Source: Chiloscyllium plagiosum (Eukaryota). From it: a stretch of DNA of 64,000 bases. The notes beneath the pieces were generated by a model. It was not told the DNA's origin and ran no database searches. It saw only the letters and a program-made list of their open reading frames with translations. The translations under genes were made by a program, and so were the position numbers. This document shows positions 24,640 through 38,260 of this stretch, one piece after another. The DNA is taken from NCBI RefSeq assembly GCF_004010195.1, contig NC_057719.1, positions 15,891,860 through 15,955,859 of the forward strand, read 5' to 3'. The number at the start of each line of letters is the position of its first letter. Position 1 is the stretch's first letter.

Positions 24640-24719
24640 CATAATACATATATAACAAAATAACACAATATTACAATTCATTCTTCCTCATCCATTCTTT
24701 ACACAGGATGTAGACAGTT

Positions 24720-27700
24720 TCTTACCACCTTTGAAATATCCAAACTATTCCAGCATCAATATACTCTTGAGTGTTTGCAATTATATTGTGCTTTCTAGTT
24801 ACATAAATTTTTTTTATACTATAAGGTTGTACAAACAAACTCCAATGAAATAATCTAGACATTTCAGTTTTAGATTTATCTATAAAGGCCAAGGGATTCT
24901 GGTCAGTGTAAGTTAGTATTTCTTTGTGGTTGTGGTGCACAAAAACATCCAAATGTTTAAGAACCAGTAATAATCCCAGTTCCCTTTTCCACTGTCGAAT
25001 ATTTATTTTGAGGCTGACTCAATTTCTTTGAAAATGGATTCTCTTTATCCAATTCGTCATCTCAGAATAAAATTATATCCACTCCCAAGTCATAAGCATC
25101 AATCATCATTTAAAAAGCTTCTGTGAAGTCAGACAGCCAACATAATTCATTATGAAGGATTTCACTTTGTCAAAAACTGATAATTATTCTATTGATCATA
25201 TTGCCATCACTTGGTTTCATAATAATACAATTAGAGTTGCAACTATTGTGGAGTTTGTGAATTGTCTACATCTCCTTCTACTACACTCTCACTGCTTAGA
25301 GCCATTGAGTCATAGAGATATACAGCATGGAAACAGACCCTCCGGTCCAACCTGTCCATGCCGACCAGATATCATAACCCAATCTAGTCCCACCTGCCAG
25401 CACCCGACCAATATCCCTCCCAACCCTTCCTATTCATAAACCCATCCAAATGCCTCTTAAATGTTGCAATTGTACCCAGCCTGTTCAGCCTCTCCCTTTA
25501 GCTCAGATCCTCCAACCCTGGCAACATCCTTGTAAATCTTTTCTGAACCCTTTCAAGTTTCACAACAGCTTTCCGATAGGAAGGAGACCAGAATTGTACA
25601 CAATATTCCAACAGTGACCTAACCAATGTCCTGTTCAGCCACAACATGACCTCCCAAATCCTGTTCTCAAAACTCTGACCAATAAAGGAAAGCATACCAA
25701 ACACCTTCTTCACTACCCTATCTACCTGTGACTCCACTTTCAAGTAGCTATGAACCTGCACTCCAAGGTCTCTTTGTTCAGCAACACTCCCTAGGACCTT
25801 ACCATTAAGTGTATAAGTCCTGCTAAGATTTGCTTTCCCAAAATGCTCTGTCATCCTCAGTATTCTTGCCACCCCCTTCTCATTTTCCTCCCTGCAGTGA
25901 AACCATGTTAACATTGTGAGAAACAAAGCTCACATATCAATAAATTTCCGTCCGAATCAAATTCTGAAGCAGCAAATTTTATTGAAATACTCTTGCAAGA
26001 CGGGTGTCTAACAAATAAGCATCCCGATCCAAAAATTACTCCACAATTTATACCGTTTAATTGAGCCTCTCTCGGTACTTCCCTGTTTACCTCATTGACC
26101 TAACATATTACGTGTCAAACCTATCACTATTCCTTATTGTGTTCTGCCCCTCCCTAGCTGCACTCCACCCTTGTTTATTTCTCCCCCTGCTCCAAGCAGG
26201 GCGATCCTTACTCTTATTTACCCTATCCCTTATTTGCAGCTAACTTGGCTCATTTTAGTACCTGCATGGGGGCAATATGCCGAGTTGGCATAACTCAATG
26301 TTCTTTTTACTCCTTATCTATTTGTCTTTAACGTCTTCCATTGTTTGCAGGCATGTTCCATTCTTGTATGCACATTTTAGCTAACTCAGAAGAAATTATG
26401 TATTTCCTTCACATAGTTTCATTCTTGTATGCACATTTTAGCTAACTCAGCTCTTGGCTGAAACAATTATACACTGGTGTAGGTTAGTTCATTTACCTTG
26501 CATAAGCAATTATGGTTGCAGAAGTAACACTGCTTTACCTATATCCCACAACATGTTTATAAAACATAACTGGTTCTGCTTTCTGCAATGTAGAGCTCTC
26601 AGATAATTTTTAATTACCTTAGATGGGCTATTAATCTCACTTTCAGAAGTACTCTTTTAAAAGTGAGAACACCTAACACTTCATTCCATTTTGAAATGCT
26701 CTGGTTTCAGCAAGTTTACCTATTCTTTTATCTTTGCCTGTGAAGTTTTTAAATGCTTCTGTGTTACCTTGTGCACTCTAGAGAGTCTTTCTGGAAATGT
26801 GGACTTATAATCAATATTGAGGAATCAGTTTTCTGTCCTAAAATTCTTTCCTTGATCAATTTTAGTGGATGACCTATCTAGTGACCATGCATTAAATTGA
26901 ATTGACTGAGTCCAGTAAATTCTTCTGGGAATCCCTGATAGCAAATAACATATAACACAAACCTTTATCCAAATCCTGTGGATGTTCATGACAATGTCAT
27001 TTAATCATTATCTTGAGAGTCCGATGGTATCTCTCTAAAGCATCTCATGTTTGTGAATGACATGTTACAGTTTTGTACCCAAGTGTTTTGTACCTCAATT
27101 ACTTTTTATATCTTGAAAAAAAGACACCAAATTGGAACTTTGATTTAAATACACTTCTATTAATAATCCATAACAAGCAAAATAATTGACTTAATTTCTC
27201 ATCCAGTGTTTTACCTGTAATTGATCTCGAAGCAATAGCTTTTCAAAATGAAGTTGTCATGTCCATAATTTAATATGTTCTGGTATCCCATTTTTGTTTT
27301 TGGTGATGTTTCTACACTACTAATAGTCCACTAAATGTTTCTTCAAAGTATGGTATATTTATTAATGATCCTGATTTAAAGACATGGAATCACAGAATTT
27401 TGCAATACAAAGGAAACCATTTGACCCATTTTGGCTGTACTGGCTCCTGAAAGAGCTACCTAGCTAGCCCCATTCCCTAGCCCTACCTCTGTAGCCCTGC
27501 TGCTGCTGAGCATTTCCTACTGCCTGACATGTTTGGCATATTCTAGAGATGAACATTAGTTTAGGTACTAAAACTAAATTCTTACAAAGACTTGGCCACC
27601 TGAAATACTTGATTATCACTGCTTCAGTTTTCCATATCACCATATGTCTTATCACAGGAATTTCACATTCTACCTGTAACATCTCTTTATGATATCCCCA

Positions 27701-28175
27701 CTTCCTCAGGAGAATTATATTTTTCAGTAGTAACAGCTAAAACATCTTCTGGCTCAGCTTTGATTTCAGTATGGTTTGATTATGCGAACTTTTTAAACTC
27801 CAGGTCTCCATTCTGAGCCTCAATGACAGAAGACTTCCTAAATTGCATTTCTTTTGAATTATCCACATCTTCAAAGAAAGTCATAGCTGCTGCAACATCT
27901 GCTTGCGGTACCACTTTGATCCTGGTGATTGATTTTGTTCAGCTATTGCAATGAAAAATACCTGGAACTTGAGCTGTTCCATCTCTTTAACTTCATTCAG
28001 ACTTTCTGTGATTGGAGGCAAAACTGCAACTTTCACTCCTGCCAAGTTATTAGCTGAGAATAAAAAGAATAAATGCAAGTAATTTCTGAACAACATCAGG
28101 TGTTACTGTTCCAGACATTAAGTCACATTCTAAATACAGTTTACACAAAGGAACTCATATATACTTTCCACTTAA
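24720..28175 (-). mobile_element. Decayed Gmr1-like Gypsy pol (PR-IN-[RT]-RH order), interrupted by CR1 pieces
   Basis: High to low coordinates: VPLCKLYLECDLMSGTV..NNLAGVKV (PR end), integrase Zn region KYFRWPSL..CQTCQAVG, integrase core DKGLCYMLFAIRDS, then RNase H IDAYDLGV..FSKKL..KYSTVEK..YTDQNPL..SRLFHWSLFVQPY. Confidence 0.75.
25297..25845 (-). mobile_element. CR1 (HER1-like) 3' fragment
   Basis: QRDLGVQVH..LEYCVQFWSP..LERVQKRFTRMLPG. Confidence 0.9.
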
Positions 28176-28176
28176 A

Positions 28177-30775
28177 GTCATAGAGTCATACAGCATGGAA
28201 ACAGACCCTTTGGTTCAACCAGTTCGTGCCAAACATAATCCCAAACTGGACTAGTCCCATTTGCTTGTTTCTGACTCATATGCCTTCAAACCTTTCCTAT
28301 TCATGTACTTATTGAAATGTCTTTTAAATATTTCAATCGAAATATTTCCTCAAAAAGTTTGTTCCACGTGCGAATCACCCTCTGATTCCCCTCATGACTT
28401 TTTAAAATCTCTCTCCTCTCACCTTAAAATGAGTCTTCAAATTCCCCGTCTTAGGGAAAAGACACATACCATTAACCCTATCCATACCCCTCATGATATT
28501 ATAAACTTTTGTAATCTCACCTCTCAACCTCCTACACTCCAGTGAAAAAGTCCCAACCTGTCCAGCCTTTCTTTACAACTCAAGCCTTCCATACCTGGCA
28601 GCATCCTGGTAAATCTTTTCTGAACCATTTCCAACTTAATAACATCCTTTCTATAACTGGGTGACCAGAACTGGACACTGCATTCCAAAAAATGCCTCAC
28701 CAATATCCTGTACAACCTCAATATGACTTCCCAACTCCTATATCAAAGGACTGAACAATGAAAGCAAGCGTGCTAAACTCCTTTTTAACCACTCCGTCTA
28801 AGTATGATGCAAACTTCAAAGAATTATATACTGGAACCCCCAGGTTCCGCTACACTACTTCACAAGGCCCTACCATTATTTGTGTAAGCCCTAGCCCCAT
28901 ATTGTACCAAAATGCAATACCTCGCTTTTAAGAGGATTGATGTGGGCAGAGCGGTAGATGTGATCCAGATAGACTTCAGTATGGCATTTGGCAAGTTTCT
29001 TCATGGTAAACTGGTTAGCAAGGTTAGATCACACGGAATACAGGGAGAACTAACCACTTGGACACAGAACAGGTTTGAAGGTCAAAGACAGAGATTGGTA
29101 GTGGAGGGTGTTTTTCAGACTGGAGGCCTATGACCAGTGGTGTGCCACAATTATCGGTGCTGGGTCCACTGCTTTTCACCATTTATATAAATGATTTGGA
29201 TGTGAACATAGAAGGTATAGTAAATTTGCAGATGACACCTCAGAGTACAATGGGATCTTGATCAGATGGGCCAATGGGCTGAGGAGTGACAGATGGAGTT
29301 TAATTTAGATAAATATGAGGTGCTGCATTTTGGAAAGGCAAATCAGGCAGGTCTCATACACTTAATGGTAAGGTCCTGGGGAGTGTTGCTGAACAAAGAG
29401 ACCTTTGAGTGCAGATTCATAGTTCCTTGAAAGTGGAGTCACAGGTAGATAGGATAGTGAAGAAGATGTTTGGTATGTTTTCTTTTATTGGTCAAAGCAT
29501 TGAGTATAGGAGTTGTGGTCATGTGGCTGTGCAGGACATTGGATTTGGAATACTGCATGCAATTCTGGTCTCCTTTCTATAGGAAGGATGTTGTGAAACT
29601 TTTGATAGAGTTCAGCAAAGATTTACAAGTATATTGACAGGTTTAGAAGGTTTGAGCTATAAAGAGAGGCTGAATAGGCTGGGGCTGTTTACCCTGGAGC
29701 GTTGGAGGCTGAGGAGTGAACATATGGGAGGTTTATAAAATCATGAGGGGCTTGGATAGAGTGAATAAACAAGGTCTTTTTCCCAGGAAGGGGGAGTCCA
29801 GAGCTAGAGGGCATAGATTTAGACTGAGAGGGGAAAGATTTAAAAGGGACCTAAAGGGCAACATTTTATGCAAAAGTGGTATATGTATGGAATGAGCTGC
29901 CAGAGGAAGTGGTGAAGGCTGGTATAATTACAACATTTGCAAAGCATCTGGGTGGGTACATGAATAGGAAATGTTTAGAGGGATAACGGCCAAGTGCTAG
30001 CAAATGGGACTGGATTAATTTAGGATATTTGGTTGGCATGGACGAGTTGGACCAAACGGTCTGTTTCCATGCATATAATGACTCTATGACTCTATCCAGG
30101 TTAAACTCTATCTGCCATATTTCAGCCATTTGATCAAGATCTCTTTGTAATTTTAGAAAACCTTCCTGTCTACTATGCCACCAATTTCGGTGTCATCTGA
30201 AAACTTACTAACCATGCTTTCTATATTCTCATCAAAATCAGTTATGAAAATGACAGACAAACAAAACAGAACCCAGAACCCATCCCTGTGAAATACCACC
30301 ACAGGCCTCCAGTCCTAAAAACAACCCTCCACCATTACTCTCTGTCTCCTGCCTTTAAGCCAATTATGTATCCAATTGGCAAGCTAACCCTGAATCCCAT
30401 GTGACCTAACTTTACTAATTAGTCTACCATGTGGAAGATTGGCAAAGGTTTTACTAAAGTTCAAGGAAACAACATCTACTGCTCTGTCCTCATCAATCTT
30501 TTGGTAACTTCCTCAGAAAACTCAATCAAGTTTGTGAAACTTGATTTTCCTCACACATAACCATGCTGACTCTTCCAAATCAATTTTTGCCTGCCTAAAT
30601 GTCCATAAATCCTGTCTTTTAAAATCACCTCCAACAATTTACTCACAACAGAAGCCAGGCTCATAGGTCTATAGTTCTCTGATTTCTCCTTACAACACTT
30701 CTTTAACAAAGGGACAACTTTAGCCAACCTCCAGTCATCAGGCACCTCACCCATAGCTATCGATGATGCAAATTT
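28177..30775 (-). mobile_element. CR1 LINE (28177-28925 and 30094-30775) split by an opposite-strand CR1
   Basis: VPDDWRLAKVVPL..NYRPMSL and QFWSPSYRKD motifs. Confidence 0.85.
28926..30093 (+). mobile_element. 5'-truncated CR1 LINE nested in CR1
   Basis: RAVDVIQIDFSMAF and FADD motifs; ATGACTCT tail. Confidence 0.88.
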
Positions 30776-31689
30776 AAATTGTCCAGTACATTGTTATGAA
30801 CTCTGTGTAAAAACACACACTATTAGAGTGATGTTTACCCACAGTCACACACAGGATATCCACCTGGACGAAAGTAATTCTTTTTTCGAACATCCTGACA
30901 CGGAAAGGTTTACAATCCTCCTGGGTTTTTCTGGAGCTATTTCAACAGAGATATGAACAAGACACTTAAAAGAACAGAGTGTAGGAACAAACCACAGTAT
31001 ATTTAAGATCGCGCATTAACAACAGCAAACAACACAAAAAAAATTGAGCTGCAACCTGAATTTCAAGTTCTTCCACAATCTTAAGTACCTATCCTGATCT
31101 ACAATTCCACATGGACTAATGTTGGATTTCTTTCTCCCTGGTTGCTTGTGCTCTCTTCTCCCTCTCCCTCCCCCCACACCCCCCTCTCTCCTGGTCATTT
31201 TCACCAGGAGAGTGGGGCTGGGGCTGAAATTCGTTCATTGCAACTAAACATGAGTCACTTTATCCTCACTTGCTTTGTCCTCTACCTTTGTACACATACA
31301 TACAATGGTGTGAATGAGTTAAGGAACCTTTAGTTCGCTCTTGTCCCAATCCAAAATGTTAAAGGGGTGAAAGACATCTGATGACAGTCGCTGCTCAGGA
31401 GTTGGCACAGACAGAGGATGCTCCTGAGTGGTCAGAAATTTCAGCTCAGATGTTCAGTATAGCTCCCTTTGTTTACGATCAGATCAATTATTCGAATAGT
31501 CAGTTATCTGATCAAAATACTCCCCGACCATCTTGTTTGGATAATTGAGGTTGTTCTGTATATCATTTTGAGAAAATGGAGTTACTTTCCCTTTCACCAA
31601 AAATCATTTATACCTCTCGTCTAACTTATTCCCTCTCTTGCACTCACAATAATATTTACCTTCAGTCTCTTAGTTATAAAGCTGTGAAT

Positions 31690-31885
31690 TGTAAGAAAAA
31701 ACCCATCTGATTCACTAATGTCCTTTAGGGAAGGAAACTTGCATTCTTACCTGATCTGGCCCAGATGAGTCCAGACTCACAACAATGTGGTTGACGCTTA
31801 ACTGCCCTCTGGGCAATTAGGGATGGGCAGTAGATGCTGGCCTAGCCAGCACCGTCCTCACCCTATGAATGAATTTTAAAAAAAC
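31690..31885 (+). mobile_element. SINE 3' half (same family as 20170-20512)
   Basis: AACCCATCTGATTCACTAATGTCCTTTAGGGAAGG..GGGCAATTAGGGATGGGC. Confidence 0.8.
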
Positions 31886-32123
31886 AATTAAATTAACAGT
31901 ATCCAGTATAAATGCATATTGTACATTTTATTATTCTCCCATGTTCATAACAGAAAAAGCAGTCATCTCTTAATATATAATGATCTTTGCAATTGAGCTT
32001 ATCAATTGATACACTGCAGTCATTTTTATTAGTAAATACTTCTGCCCTCCAACAACATCCATCATTATGAATGGAATGTAAGCCTCCTTTCACTGTAGGT
32101 AGGAAGGACCTAAGTTTATGTTA

Positions 32124-32310
32124 CATAGAATTACATAGAAGAATACAGCGCAGTACAGGCCCTTTGGCCCTCGATGTTGCGCCGATCCAAGCCCACCTAA
32201 CCTACACTAGCCCACTATCCTCCATATGCCTATCCAATGCACGTTTAAATGCCCATAATGAAGGAGAGTCCACCACTGCTACTGGCAGGGCATTCCATGA
32301 ACTCACGACT
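32124..32310 (-). mobile_element. CR1 3' end fragment
   Basis: TACAGGCCCTTTGGCCC stem region, with WNALP encoded on the reverse strand. Confidence 0.75.
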
Positions 32311-32529
32311 TGTTATTTCAGCTAATTTCAAGCCCCTGCGGATCAGAAAGCTAACTACCCAGGACTCGTAGCAAACTGACTGTCATGTTTAGAATTCCTG
32401 TAAAAATTGGTAATAATACAGGGATTCATAGTAAATCATTTTTAATGGAGTAAGTGTTGTTGTAGAAGTATTCAATGTGGGGCTGTAATTTTCTTAAGCT
32501 TAGTTTATTTTATTTTCTTCTGATTTATA

Positions 32530-32910
32530 TTTAGAACCTTCAAAGTAATAAAAGATCCTCAAGACACCTCACAGGATTATTATAAAACAAAATATGACAC
32601 CAAATCACATAAGAAGTTTTGAAGTCTGATAACCTAATGTTTGGTCTAAGTGCTAGGTTGGATGGAGTGTCTTAAAGAAGGAAAATCAAGTCGCAAGATA
32701 GAGAGACAGAGGCAAATCCCATTCTTAGAAACTGGACTACTGAAATTCAGTCACCAAAGTGTAGTAGTTAAAATCAGAGATGTTTTGGAGGCCAGGATTA
32801 GATGACTGGAGAGGTCTTGGGGAGTGGTTGGGCTGTAGGAAATTACAGAGCTAATGAGGAGGGAGGCCATTTGGTGGGATTTGAAAGGAAGAATGAGAAA
32901 TTTAAAAGTA
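32530..32910 (-). mobile_element. Old L2-like LINE 3' fragment
   Basis: ITFKFLILPFKS..ASLL..YSP resembles the L2 ORF2 C-terminus (FKILILVFKSLHGLAP). Confidence 0.55.
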
Positions 32911-32932
32911 ATCAGCAATTTCCTCTTTTCAG

Positions 32933-33077
32933 GTGTGGTATTCAAATGATGGGGGCATTTCATTTGAATTGCTACTGAAATTGAAAAATGATTTTGTAGA
33001 AAAGATAATTACATGTCCTCGAAATCACGCTGTGATCTTCATGACTATGTTACAGAATTTCTATTACACCAGACCAG
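32933..33077 (+). CDS. CATSPERB: CATSPERB internal exon (145 bp, phase 0 to 1)
   Basis: ttcctcttttcag|gtg...ccag|gtaaag. Encodes VWYSNDGGISFELL..YYTRP(G), an Asp-box motif resembling IWLSVDGGNTFQLI..YSTKAG. Confidence 0.9.
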
Positions 33078-33338
33078 GTAAAGTTATATTTAAATGCTCT
33101 ACAACCAGTTATACATGATTAAATTTTCCTCTTGGTTATGTTTGAGGAATACTAAGTTTCTGGACAATGAAAGGAAAATGGAGACACAGACAGACGACAT
33201 TGCATCCATAGACCTGATCCTGATTTATAATATCCTTGGGTTCCTCAAATCTACCCGACTGGAGTTAAGTCAGGCTTGTTAGTTAGCTAAGTGAGGCAAT
33301 GCAGATGCTTCCTGCTTTCTGCATTCCTTTCTAAATGC

Positions 33339-33669
33339 ATGATCTGGAGATGCCGGTGTTGGACTGGGGTGTACAAAGCCAGAGATCACACAACACCAGG
33401 TTACAGTCCAACAGGTTTATTTGGAAGCACTAGCTTTTGGATCGCTGCTCCTTCATCAGGTAATTTTGGAGAATAAGATTGTAAGACACAGAATGCTGTA
33501 ATTTTCTTAAGCTTAGTTTATTCTATTTTCTTGCTTCTGACTTATATTGTAGGACAGAATTTCTTACAATCTTATTCTCCACAATCACCTGATGAAGGAG
33601 TAGCGCTCCAAAAGCTAATGCTTCCAAATAAACTTGTTGGACTTTAACCTGGTGTTGTGTGATTTTTGG
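33339..33669. mobile_element. Short palindromic Penelope-derived insertion
   Basis: Inverted arms at about 33385-33490 and 33561-33665. TSD CTTTCTA(A/G)ATGC at 33327-33338 and 33670-33681. Confidence 0.8.
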
Positions 33670-33827
33670 CTTTCTAGATGCTCTCCACTTTTATATTATA
33701 ATATTTTAGGGTAATGTCTTACATGTGAATTTTCTGCAGAATGACATTTATTAGCACCAGTGTATAACTTTGTGGTTGTTTGCATAACACTGGCATTGTT
33801 CTGCTATGTTTCTGTTTTGCACTAAAG

Positions 33828-33979
33828 GTTTGGCCAGATATGCCTCACTGAATATTTTTAAAGAAGGGCTATCGACTCTACACTGTGATCATTTGGGAAT
33901 GTTAATGAAGGTCACTTTATCTGAAAATAGCCCCACTGGTCTGCAAGTGGAATTTCTCAACCTAAATAATTTAATATCT
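33828..33979 (+). CDS. CATSPERB: CATSPERB internal exon (152 bp, phase 1 to 0)
   Basis: ttttgcactaaag|gt...tct|gtaagt. Encodes GLARYASL....LSTLHCDHLGMLMKVTL, resembling GMGRYSAV....IFTLYYDHLGFLHKLTL. Confidence 0.9.
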
Positions 33980-35074
33980 GTAAGTTTCCTATTCTATTAT
34001 TCATGTCCTCATTTTCATAATTTAAAAGGCACTGCAACAAAAGTGGTTTTATTAGCATTCAATTAACTGGAATTCAGATGAACATTCTGGCTTCTCTTCA
34101 TTTTTATCTTCATTTCTTTGGTAATAAACTTATGTTTTATTGCTAAAATAAAATAAGCAACAGTGTGTGAAAGACCACCTTATTAATGCCAAAAGAAAGT
34201 GATCTATCAAGCCACGTTTCAGTCTGGGATCTAACTTTTCCAAAGTAACACCAACTGGGATCTTAACACAGATGAAAGCCAGCATTTAATTCCTGATATA
34301 ACTTGAGCTTATAGCTGAATTAAGTGGTCAGTCCAGTAATGAGAGATCAATTCATTTCCAAATGTTGACCTTGATCCTGAATCATTACACATGATGTCTT
34401 GAGGAAATGCTGAGATTTTAGAAGCTGAATTTTGGACATTTCTGTCGTGGTGCATTTTACTTGCAAAAAGTGGTGAGGAGCAGAATGGTTATATTCCAGA
34501 AATAATATTTGAAGATCCAGCCATAGGAAGTCCTATATTGACAGCTCATACTGTTTTCCTGTAATAGCAGGCTATATTCCACATTCCTCAGCTCTTCTGT
34601 AGCACTAAACAATAGTCAATATATATTTTTAACCCTGATCTATCACTTTATACCATAAGAAAATCTCATCTGTTTTTATTTTAGCTTGTTTATTGCACCT
34701 CCTCATCCTACCATATCAATATCTCATTGCAGCTTCATTTGGTTCTTAATTTAGATGCAATATGACTACCCACTGCTATCATGTCTGAATAATCCCATTT
34801 AAGTACCAATCCCTGTTTTCTTCCTTCAAATTGATGCTTACTTTAACTTGGATCTTTCCCCTAATTTCGTACGCTTCTCTGATAATTTCTTGTGCATACT
34901 TTTATCAAAGGTTTCTCGAAATTCACTTACAATGCATCTAGCACATTGCAGTCTCCCCACCTCCTACGACTATGTCTATTTCCACTTCAAAGCATTATAT
35001 AAGATTTATCAATCTGAATCATCCTTTTTGAAATTCACACTGGATACTGTACTCGGAATGTTGAAAATGAACAA

Positions 35075-38000
35075 GACTCGGGGTTTGTGTGTTGCCTTCC
35101 GTATCTTTGGGGTCCTGAAGGGAGAGGGTGACCAGCCTCAAGTCATTGTCCATGTAGGTACCAACGACATAGGTAGAAAGAGGGATAGGGATGTAAGGCA
35201 GGATTTCAGGGAGCTAGGGTGGAAGCTGAGAGCTAGAACAAACAGAGTTGTTATCTCTGGATGTTACCCATGCCACGTGATAGCGAGGCAAGGAATAGAG
35301 AGAGATATCAGCTGAATACATGGCTGCAAGGATGGTGCAGGAGGGAGGGTTTCAGGTTCTTGTATAATTCAGGCTCATTCTGGGGAAGGTGGGACTTGTA
35401 CAAACAGGACAGTCTTCACTTGAACCAGAGGGGTACTAATATCTTGGTGGGAAATTTGCGGTGCTATTTGGGTGGGTTTAAACTCGCTCAGCAGGGGGAT
35501 AGGAACCGGAGTTGTAGTTGTAGTGCACAGGAGGATGAGAGTAGGAAGGACAGGGACAGGATTTCAGGGTCACAGGAATGTGGTGGCAGAGAGCAAACTG
35601 GTTTGAAGTGTGTCTACTTCAACGTCAGAAGTATCCGAAATAAGGTAGGTGAGCTTGCGGCATGGATAGGTACCTGGGACTTCGATGTTGTGACCATTTC
35701 GGAGACATGAACAGAGCAGGGTGAAGAATGGATGTTGCAGGTTCCAGGGTTTAGATCTTTCATTAAGAACAGGCAAGGTGATAAAAAAGGGGTTGGAGTG
35801 GCCTTGTTAGTCAAGGATAGTATAACGGTGGCTGAGAGAACTTTTGATGAGGACTCATCTACTGAGGTAGTGTGGGCTGAGGTTAGAAACAGAAGAGGAG
35901 AGGTCACACTGCTTGGAGTTTTTTTATAGGCCTCCGCAGAGTCCCAGGGAGGTGGAAGAGAGGATTAGCAAAATTATTCTGGGTAGAAGTGAAAGGAACA
36001 GGGTGCTCATTAGGGGGGACTTTAACTTCCTCAACATTGACTGAAAATGCTACAACTCTAGTACGGCGGATGGATCAGTTTTTGTCCAATGTGTAGAGGA
36101 GGGTTTCCTGATACAGTGTGTTGAAGGGCCAACAAGGAGGAGGCCACACTGGATCTGGTTCTTGGTAATGAACCAGGCCAGGTGTTTGATTTAGTTGTAG
36201 GTGAGCACTTTGGAGAGAGTGACCATAATTCAGTTATGTTTAGTTTAGCGTACATGCCACAGGTCAAGAGTTATTGATGGGGCAAGGGCAATTATAATGT
36301 GACTAAGCAAGAATTAGGATGCATAGAATGGGGATGCAAACAGTGGAACTGTGGAGCTGGTTTAAGGAACAAATAGTGTGTGTCCTTGATAGGTCAGGCA
36401 GGGAAGAAGTGATAAAATAAGAGAACCGTGGTTTACTACAGAAATTGCATCTCTGTTAAGAAGAAGAAGGAGGCTTATTTGTTGATGAGGCAAGATAGTT
36501 CAGATGAGGCGATGGAGAGTTACAGATTAGCCAGGAAGGATTTAAAGAGAGAGTTAAGAAGAACAAAGAGAGGACATGAGCAGTCTTTAGCAAATAGAAT
36601 AAAGGAGAACCCTAAAGCTTTCTATACGTATGTGAGGAATAAAAAGATGATTAGAGTAGGAATAGGGCCAGTCAAAGACAGAAGTTGGAAGTCGAGTGTG
36701 GACCCTGTGGAGATCGGAGAGGTACTAAATGAACATTTCTTATCGGTTTTCACTCAGGAAATGGAGAATATTGTAGAGGAGAAGCATGAGGTATGAGATA
36801 TTAGACTAGAAAGGATCGAGGTTAGTTACGAACAGGTGTTATCAATTCTAGAAGGAGTGAAAGTAGACAAGTCCCCTGGGCCAGATGGGATGTATCTGAG
36901 GATTCTCTGGGAAGCTAGGGAGGAGATAGCAGAGCCTTTGCCTTTGATATTTGAGTCGTCATTGTCTACAGGTTTAGTACCAGAGGACTGGAGGATTGCA
37001 AATGTTGTGCCCTTGTTCAAGAAGGGCAGTAGAGATGACCCAGGTAATTATAGACCAGTGAGCCTTANNNNNNNNNNNNNNNNNNNNNNNNNNNNNNNNN
37101 NNNNNNNNNNNNNNNNNNNNNNNNNNNNNNNNNNNNNNNNNNNNNNNNNNNNNNNNNNNNNNNNNNNNNNNNNNNNNNNNNNNNNNNNNNNNNNNNNNNN
37201 NNNNNNNNNNNNNNNNNNNNNNNNNNNNNNNNNNNNNNNNNNNNNNNNNNNNNNNNNNNNNNNNNNNNNNNNNNNATTGAGGGTGATTTAGCAGTTTGGA
37301 TTAGAAACTGGCTTTCTGAAAGAAGGCAGCGGGTGGTGGTTGATGGAAAATATTCAGTCTGAGTCCGGTTACTAGTGGTGTGCCACAAGGATCTGTTTTG
37401 GGACCACTGCTGTTTGTCATTTTTATAAATGACTTAGATGCAGACATAGGTGGATGGATTAGTAAATTTGCAGATGACACTAAAGTCAGTGGAGTTTGGA
37501 AGAATGTTACAGGTTGCGGGGGACTTGGATAAACTGCAGAATTGGGCTGAGAGGTGGCAAATGGAGTTCAATACAGCTAAATGTGAGGCAATGCACTTTG
37601 AGAAGAATAAGAGGAAGGCAGAGTACTGGGTCAATGGAAAGATTCTTGGTAGTGTGGATGTGCAGAGGGATCTTGGAGTCCATGTACATAGATCCCTGAA
37701 AGTTGCCACCCAGGTGGATAGTGCTGTNNNNNNNNNNNNNNNNNNNNNNNNNNNNNNNNNNNNNNNNNNNNNNNNNNNNNNNNNNNNNNNNACAGAGGAG
37801 ATTTACCAGGATGTTGCCTGGTCTGGAGGGAAGGTCTTATGAGGAAAAGCTGAGACACTTGAGTCTGTTCTCATTGGAAAGAAGAAGGCTAAGAGAGGAT
37901 TTGATAGAGACATACAAGATGATCAGAGGATTAGATAGGGTAGACAGTGAAAGTCTTTTTCTTAGGATGATGACGTCAGCTTGTACGAGGGGGCATAATT

Positions 38001-38260
38001 GCAAATTGAGGGGTGATAGATTTGAGACAGATGTCAGAGGCAGGTTCTTTACGCAGAGAGTGGTAAGGGTGTGGAATGTTCTATCTGCTAATGTAGTCAA
38101 CTCAGCCACATTAGGGAAATTTAAACAATCCTTAGATATGCACATGGATGATTTTGGGATAGTGTAGGGGGACGAGCTGAGAATAGTTCACAGGTCGACG
38201 CAACATCGAGGGCCGAAGGGCCTGTTCTGCGCTATATTGTTCTGTGTTCTATGTTCTATG
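35075..38260 (+). mobile_element. Long CR1 LINE: ORF1 SGNH esterase, APE endonuclease, RT, 3' UTR (decayed, two N gaps)
   Basis: VIVHVGTNDIG, DSLHLN, YFNVRSI..ISET, SDHN, KSPGPDG and FADD motifs; TGTTCTA tail. Confidence 0.93.

Noticed and set aside
25916..26297. Possible solo LTR on - strand (AATAAA, TATA, TG..CA)
   Set aside because: No TSD or second copy in the window to support it.
26359..26450. 31-bp direct repeat
   Set aside because: Simple local duplication in decayed Gypsy sequence.
31440..31561. Tigger/TcMar-like terminal repeat (GGATAATTGAGGTTGTTCTGTA)
   Set aside because: Only one end is visible and no partner TIR was found.
37068..37791. ORFs extended by X runs (also 57618-57886)
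   Set aside because: Artefacts of assembly gaps.
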